A stretch of 39,781 bases of DNA from Vicingaceae bacterium (GTDB taxonomy: Bacteria > Bacteroidota > Bacteroidia > Flavobacteriales_E > Vicingaceae), in the NCBI GenBank assembly GCA_041603555.1, contig JBFIEB010000001.1, positions 1 through 39,781 of the forward strand, in the 5' to 3' direction. This document shows, one piece after another, positions 36,679-39,781 of the stretch; within the stretch, counting starts at the first letter, position 1, and the number at the start of each line of letters is the position of its first letter. A program made the position numbers and the translations under genes. The notes below the pieces were generated by a model that was given only the letters and a program-made list of their open reading frames with translations, had not been told where the DNA came from and searched no databases.

Positions 36679-37662
36679 ATGAAAAAGGTATTTTTTACTT
36701 TATTATTATTTTCTTCAGTCATACTATTAAGCAATTGTGGTGGTAGCTCTGAAAATAAAGAAAATGGTACCCAAGATGAAGTTTCAGTGGTTGAATCTAC
36801 ACATGAAACAGTCGAAATCAATGGCGTTAAACATCATTTTGAAAAGATGGGAAGTGGCGATCCAATTGTTGTTTTACACGGAGGACCAGGTCTATTTCAT
36901 GATTACTTAGTACCACATTTTTATACCCTTGCAAAATCACATCAAATAATTTTTTATGATCAAAGAGGATGTGGAAAAACTGAATTTCCAAATGACACTT
37001 TAAGTATAAACATTGATACATATGTTGAAGATTTAGAAGCTATAAGAGGTTACTTGAAAATAGAAAAACTAAACCTACTCGGACATTCGTGGGGTGCATT
37101 ATTAGCCTTAAAATATGCTAAAAAATATTCTGCTAATTTGAATAATTTAATCCTAGTCTCTCCTGCACCAGGAAATTCGGATTATTTTGATCAAACCTTT
37201 AGTAACATGCAAAAGAAAAGAAGTGAAGAGGATACTAAAGAGCTAGTTCAAACAATGATGTCAAAAGAATTTGAAGAAAGGGAAGAAAACACCTTCAGAA
37301 AAGCAATTACTCTTGGAGATAAAGTTAATCTAGTAAACCAAAAAGATATATCCAAGCTCTATGAACCTATGAAATTTAATAAAACGAACGCTAGTAATTT
37401 AATGGTTGTAAATAGTTTATTGGAAAAAACATATTTTAACTTTGATATATCTGAAGGGTTAGATCAAATACAAGTACCTACCCTAATAATATATGGTGAT
37501 TTAGATAATGTCCCATTTGCTTCAACACAACTTATACATGATAACATGTCCTTATCAAAACTAGAAGTAATAAAAAAGAGTTGTCATTACCCCTTCTTTG
37601 AAACACCCAAAGAATTTAACCTATCTGTAAAGAACTTCTTAAATCCAGAATACGAGCAATAA
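36679..37662 (+). CDS. Alpha/beta hydrolase, proline-iminopeptidase-like (S33), lipoprotein
   Basis: The lipobox is LLSNCGG. HGGPG, YDQRGCG and the nucleophile elbow GHSWG are present, and the C-terminal His is in KSCHYPF. Confidence 0.85.
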   Translation: MKKVFFTLLLFSSVILLSNCGGSSENKENGTQDEVSVVESTHETVEINGVKHHFEKMGSGDPIVVLHGGPGLFHDYLVPHFYTLAKSHQIIFYDQRGCGKTEFPNDTLSINIDTYVEDLEAIRGYLKIEKLNLLGHSWGALLALKYAKKYSANLNNLILVSPAPGNSDYFDQTFSNMQKKRSEEDTKELVQTMMSKEFEEREENTFRKAITLGDKVNLVNQKDISKLYEPMKFNKTNASNLMVVNSLLEKTYFNFDISEGLDQIQVPTLIIYGDLDNVPFASTQLIHDNMSLSKLEVIKKSCHYPFFETPKEFNLSVKNFLNPEYEQ

Positions 37663-37874
37663 TGGAAATTATTGAATTCTCCCCATCAACTGATTATATT
37701 GAACTCATTAAATTATTAAAACTCTTAAACTTGGTTGAATCTGGCGCTGAAGCTAAAATAGCTGTGGAAGAAGGATTAGTTCGTTGTAATCATGTAACTG
37801 AATATCGAAAACGTAAAAAGTTGAGAACCGGAGATTTAGTTATATTTCAGAACAAGAAGATAAAAATTAATTAA
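37662..37874 (+). CDS. RNA-binding S4-domain protein (YbcJ-like)
   Basis: 70 aa: IELIKLLKLLNLVESGAEAKIAVEEGLVRCNHVTEYRKRKKLRTGDLV. The ATG overlaps the preceding TAA (TAATG). Confidence 0.8.
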   Translation: MEIIEFSPSTDYIELIKLLKLLNLVESGAEAKIAVEEGLVRCNHVTEYRKRKKLRTGDLVIFQNKKIKIN

Positions 37875-37885
37875 TTACACTTCAT

Positions 37886-38392
37886 ATGCCTAGCAATAAA
37901 ACATTAATACTTAATGATGAGCAGATTAATCAAAAGATTAATCGAATGGCTTATCAGATATATGAAGACAATTATTCAGAAAAAGAAATTATAGTTGTTG
38001 GTATCGCAAAAAAAGGGTATCTATTTGCTAATAAATTGGCTGACCGATTAGATATGATATCTAAATCCAAAATAACATTAGTTAAATTAACTATTGATAA
38101 AGAAAATCCTATAGAAAATAAGGGTGCACTTGATATGCCTTCTGATATACTAAATAATAAGGTTATTATATTGGTAGATGATGTTTTGAACTCTGGAAAA
38201 GCACTTATTTATGGTGTAAAATATATTCTAGATTTCTCAATTAAAAGAATGTCCACAGTCGTATTGGTTGATAGGAATTATAAAAAATACCCTATAGGCA
38301 CACACTATGTGGGATTATCTTTATCCACTACTCTTCAAAACCATATTTCTGTTGAGTTTAGTAAATCTAAAATGTCTGCTTTTTTAAGCTAA
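37886..38392 (+). CDS. Phosphoribosyltransferase family protein (PyrR-like paralog)
   Basis: 168 aa. The PRPP loop is VIILVDDVLNSGKAL, and the layout parallels PyrR (INRMAYQIYE...VVGIAKKGYLFA...VDRNYKKYPIGTHYVG). Confidence 0.85.
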   Translation: MPSNKTLILNDEQINQKINRMAYQIYEDNYSEKEIIVVGIAKKGYLFANKLADRLDMISKSKITLVKLTIDKENPIENKGALDMPSDILNNKVIILVDDVLNSGKALIYGVKYILDFSIKRMSTVVLVDRNYKKYPIGTHYVGLSLSTTLQNHISVEFSKSKMSAFLS

Positions 38393-38404
38393 AAGGACAA
38401 TAAC

Positions 38405-38434
38405 AAAAAAGCCATGACTGAATCATGGCTTTTT
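38405..38434. terminator. Bidirectional rho-independent terminator between convergent genes
   Basis: AAAAAGCCATGA-CTGAA-TCATGGCTTTTT, with T runs on both strands. Confidence 0.75.
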
Positions 38435-38462
38435 CGATAAAAATATTTAAATAGAATTCTTC

Positions 38463-38846
38463 TTATTCTTCTTCAACTTCAATCATTTTAAAAGGAATAT
38501 TAATAATGGCTTGATAATCTTCTCCAGCTTCCAGCATATCTTCATCATCTTCTTCATAGTACCAGTTAATAACAACCTCGCTACTTCCAGAATTAATAGC
38601 TTCTAATTTTTTAAACACATCCAAAATGCATTTAGATGAACTAGTATTGAAATACTCCAATTGTATATCAACCTTCGTATTAGCTTGAGAATTATTGTTG
38701 TAGGACTCTAAGACCTCTATTAAAGGCTTATAAAACTCAATTGAATTCTCAGGAATAGATCTCCCTCTTATTAATAAATAACCAGACCCTGAACTAAATT
38801 CAATTGTAGGCGTTTTAGGTGAGCCTTCTATTTTTAAATCTTCCAT
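38463..38846 (-). CDS. SiaC-like regulatory phosphoprotein (DUF1987 family)
   Basis: 127 aa. The DUF1987-typical text is KIEGSPKTPTIEF...G.LLIRGRSIPENSIEFYKPLIE, LEYFNTSSSKCILDVFKKLE and VINWYYEEDDEDMLEAGEDY. It lies 14 nt downstream of the kinase-like gene. Confidence 0.8.
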   Translation of the reverse strand: MEDLKIEGSPKTPTIEFSSGSGYLLIRGRSIPENSIEFYKPLIEVLESYNNNSQANTKVDIQLEYFNTSSSKCILDVFKKLEAINSGSSEVVINWYYEEDDEDMLEAGEDYQAIINIPFKMIEVEEE

Positions 38847-38860
38847 TCTATAATTTATAT

Positions 38861-39403
38861 TTATTGTGCTACTTTTATATTTAAACTGAAAAACGAATAA
38901 CTTCCATCTACCTCAACAAAATTATACTCCAATTTCTTTCCCGATTTTCTTGCAATATCAATCATACCCAATCCTCCTCCACCTTTTGCTGACATCTCTC
39001 CATTATTCAAAACTTCTTTGTAATAAACCTTTAATTCTTCTTTGTCCATCTCATTGATTCTATCCAATCTTGCCTTCATCATTTCCACATTCTCAGAGGC
39101 TATGAAATTACCTGTCATAATAGAATATTCTCCTTCCTCTTTTCTAATCATAAACAAAGCACTCTTTTCATTTATCTTGGTTTTAAAATCATCATCATCT
39201 AAATGATGATAAAGATTCTGTAAACATTCGACTAAAATATTATAAACTTTCTTCTTGATTTTTGGGGGCTCTTCTAAAGTCTCCATTTTAGATTCCATAA
39301 TCTGAAGAATAGAAGTTAGAAGATCTGACGTGACTTCACCCTTAAACGATAACATAATGTTACCCTGCTCCATCTTATTATAAAAGTCATGTATATTATC
39401 CAT
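38861..39403 (-). CDS. SiaB-like GHKL-type protein kinase (RsbW/SpoIIAB-like)
   Basis: 180 aa. The N-box-like text is VYNILVECLQNLYHH, the glycine-rich ATP lid is SAKGGGGLGMIDIARKSG, and the C-terminus is YSFFSLNIKV. This is the pattern of proteins annotated as the SiaB family. Confidence 0.7.
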   Translation of the reverse strand: MDNIHDFYNKMEQGNIMLSFKGEVTSDLLTSILQIMESKMETLEEPPKIKKKVYNILVECLQNLYHHLDDDDFKTKINEKSALFMIRKEEGEYSIMTGNFIASENVEMMKARLDRINEMDKEELKVYYKEVLNNGEMSAKGGGGLGMIDIARKSGKKLEYNFVEVDGSYSFFSLNIKVAQ

Positions 39404-39431
39404 TATCTATATGCACTTCCGATTACAGTTT

Positions 39432-39439
39432 CAAAGATA
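39432..39439 (-). promoter_or_regulatory. -7 box (TATCTTTG) upstream of the SiaB-like gene
   Basis: The minus strand matches TAnnTTTG, 29 nt upstream of ATG 39403. Confidence 0.3.
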
Positions 39440-39596
39440 TTAATTTGATTGAATTAAACAAGTTTAATGTGGTAAAAAATAAGATAAAAATGATAATGCT
39501 TGACATGGGTATTAAATGTACTGATTTCAGTATATAAACACCAATGTTCAATGCAATTTATTACATGCTTTAATATGTAAAAACACATACTATAAC

Positions 39597-39604
39597 TACA
39601 TTTG
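39597..39604 (+). promoter_or_regulatory. -7 box (TACATTTG) 5 nt before the methyltransferase ATG
   Basis: Matches TAnnTTTG. This would imply an essentially leaderless transcript. Confidence 0.3.
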
Positions 39605-39608
39605 TCTT

Positions 39609-39781
39609 ATGAAAAATAAAGAAGGTATTAAGTGGTTTGAAGATTGGTTTAATTCCCCCTACTATCACATCCTATATAAAGATAGAGACGATAATGAAGC
39701 AAAAATCTTTATTTCCAATTTAATTCATCACTTAAATCCTTCAAAAAATAGCTTTTTTTTAGATGCAGCTTGTGGCAAGGG
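39609..39781 (+). CDS. Class I SAM-dependent methyltransferase, N-terminal part (runs off the right window edge)
   Basis: MKNKEGIKWFEDWFNSPYYHILYKDRDDNEAKIFISNLIHHLNPSKNSFFLDAACGKG ends in the motif I text LDxxCGxG. It is not in the ORF track because it is truncated. Confidence 0.7.
   Translation, partial: MKNKEGIKWFEDWFNSPYYHILYKDRDDNEAKIFISNLIHHLNPSKNSFFLDAACGK

Noticed and set aside
427-37021. About thirty 60-130 aa ORFs in the track lie antisense to or nested within long, well-supported genes. Examples are 427..663, 1046..1336, 4216..4413, 6345..6602, 8168..8386, 9398..9586, 12139..12330, 12472..12681, 15327..15536, 16010..16198, 18812..19141, 19336..19539, 19776..20009, 20942..21169, 21679..21945 and 23017..23223. 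Further examples are 24343..24549, 24491..24691, 25766..25981, 25851..26177, 26307..26507, 29403..29615, 29744..30133, 31003..31215, 32841..33131, 33393..33575, 33943..34164, 35425..35610 and 36827..37021.
   Set aside because: Each overlaps a gene with clear family signatures on the other strand or frame. Their translations are low-complexity (F/L/I/S-rich mirror images of K/E-rich coding strands) and show no recognisable motifs, signals or promoters.
1-39781. Search for tRNA, rRNA, tmRNA, CRISPR arrays, IS elements, integrases, phage genes, toxin-antitoxin pairs and defence systems.
   Set aside because: The intergenic spacers are short (mostly under 230 bp) and AT-rich, with no GC-rich cloverleaf-sized segments. 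There are no spaced direct-repeat arrays. No ORF shows transposase, integrase, nuclease or defence signatures. A proper tRNAscan or Infernal run would be needed to exclude small ncRNAs formally.

Overview
AT-rich bacterial chromosomal segment that I assign to Bacteroidota. Three proteins end in T9SS-type C-terminal sorting domains, the primary sigma factor is the short ~289-aa type, many genes have a TAnnTTTG -7 box, and Shine-Dalgarno sequences are absent. I call about 42 protein genes: two are cut by the window edges and one is interrupted by an in-frame stop. I recognise no rRNA, tRNA, CRISPR array, transposase, integrase or phage genes. From 11 kb to 38 kb the content is mostly core housekeeping: pyrR-pyrB-cyclophilin, rpsA, ispH, a marR-pirin-nitroreductase group, purC, csp, lemA plus two TPM genes, htpG, a TrmH-family methyltransferase, an Omp85-family gene, fba-accD, rpsO-pnp, rpoD and rpe. 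The left 11 kb looks more accessory: tandem TPR membrane proteins, T9SS cargo proteins, a DKNYY protein, and a co-directional MOSC / CotH / GNAT / Tat-signal PLP-enzyme run. I do not see a convincing large novel multi-gene system such as a defence island or biosynthetic cluster. The observations most worth follow-up are: (1) an isolated SiaB-like kinase / SiaC-like (DUF1987) phosphoprotein pair with no phosphatase or cyclase partner in view; (2) a single in-frame TGA splitting a 720-codon TPR/PD40/OmpA outer-membrane protein gene at a predicted TPR glycine position; (3) ribosomal protein S1 with a ~100-residue Lys/Ala/Pro-rich histone-H1-like N-terminal extension; (4) a REP-like inverted-repeat motif in both intercistronic spacers of the lemA-TPM-TPM operon; (5) a perfect 22-bp palindrome over the marR promoter. 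All functional calls come from reading the translations, with no database searches run.
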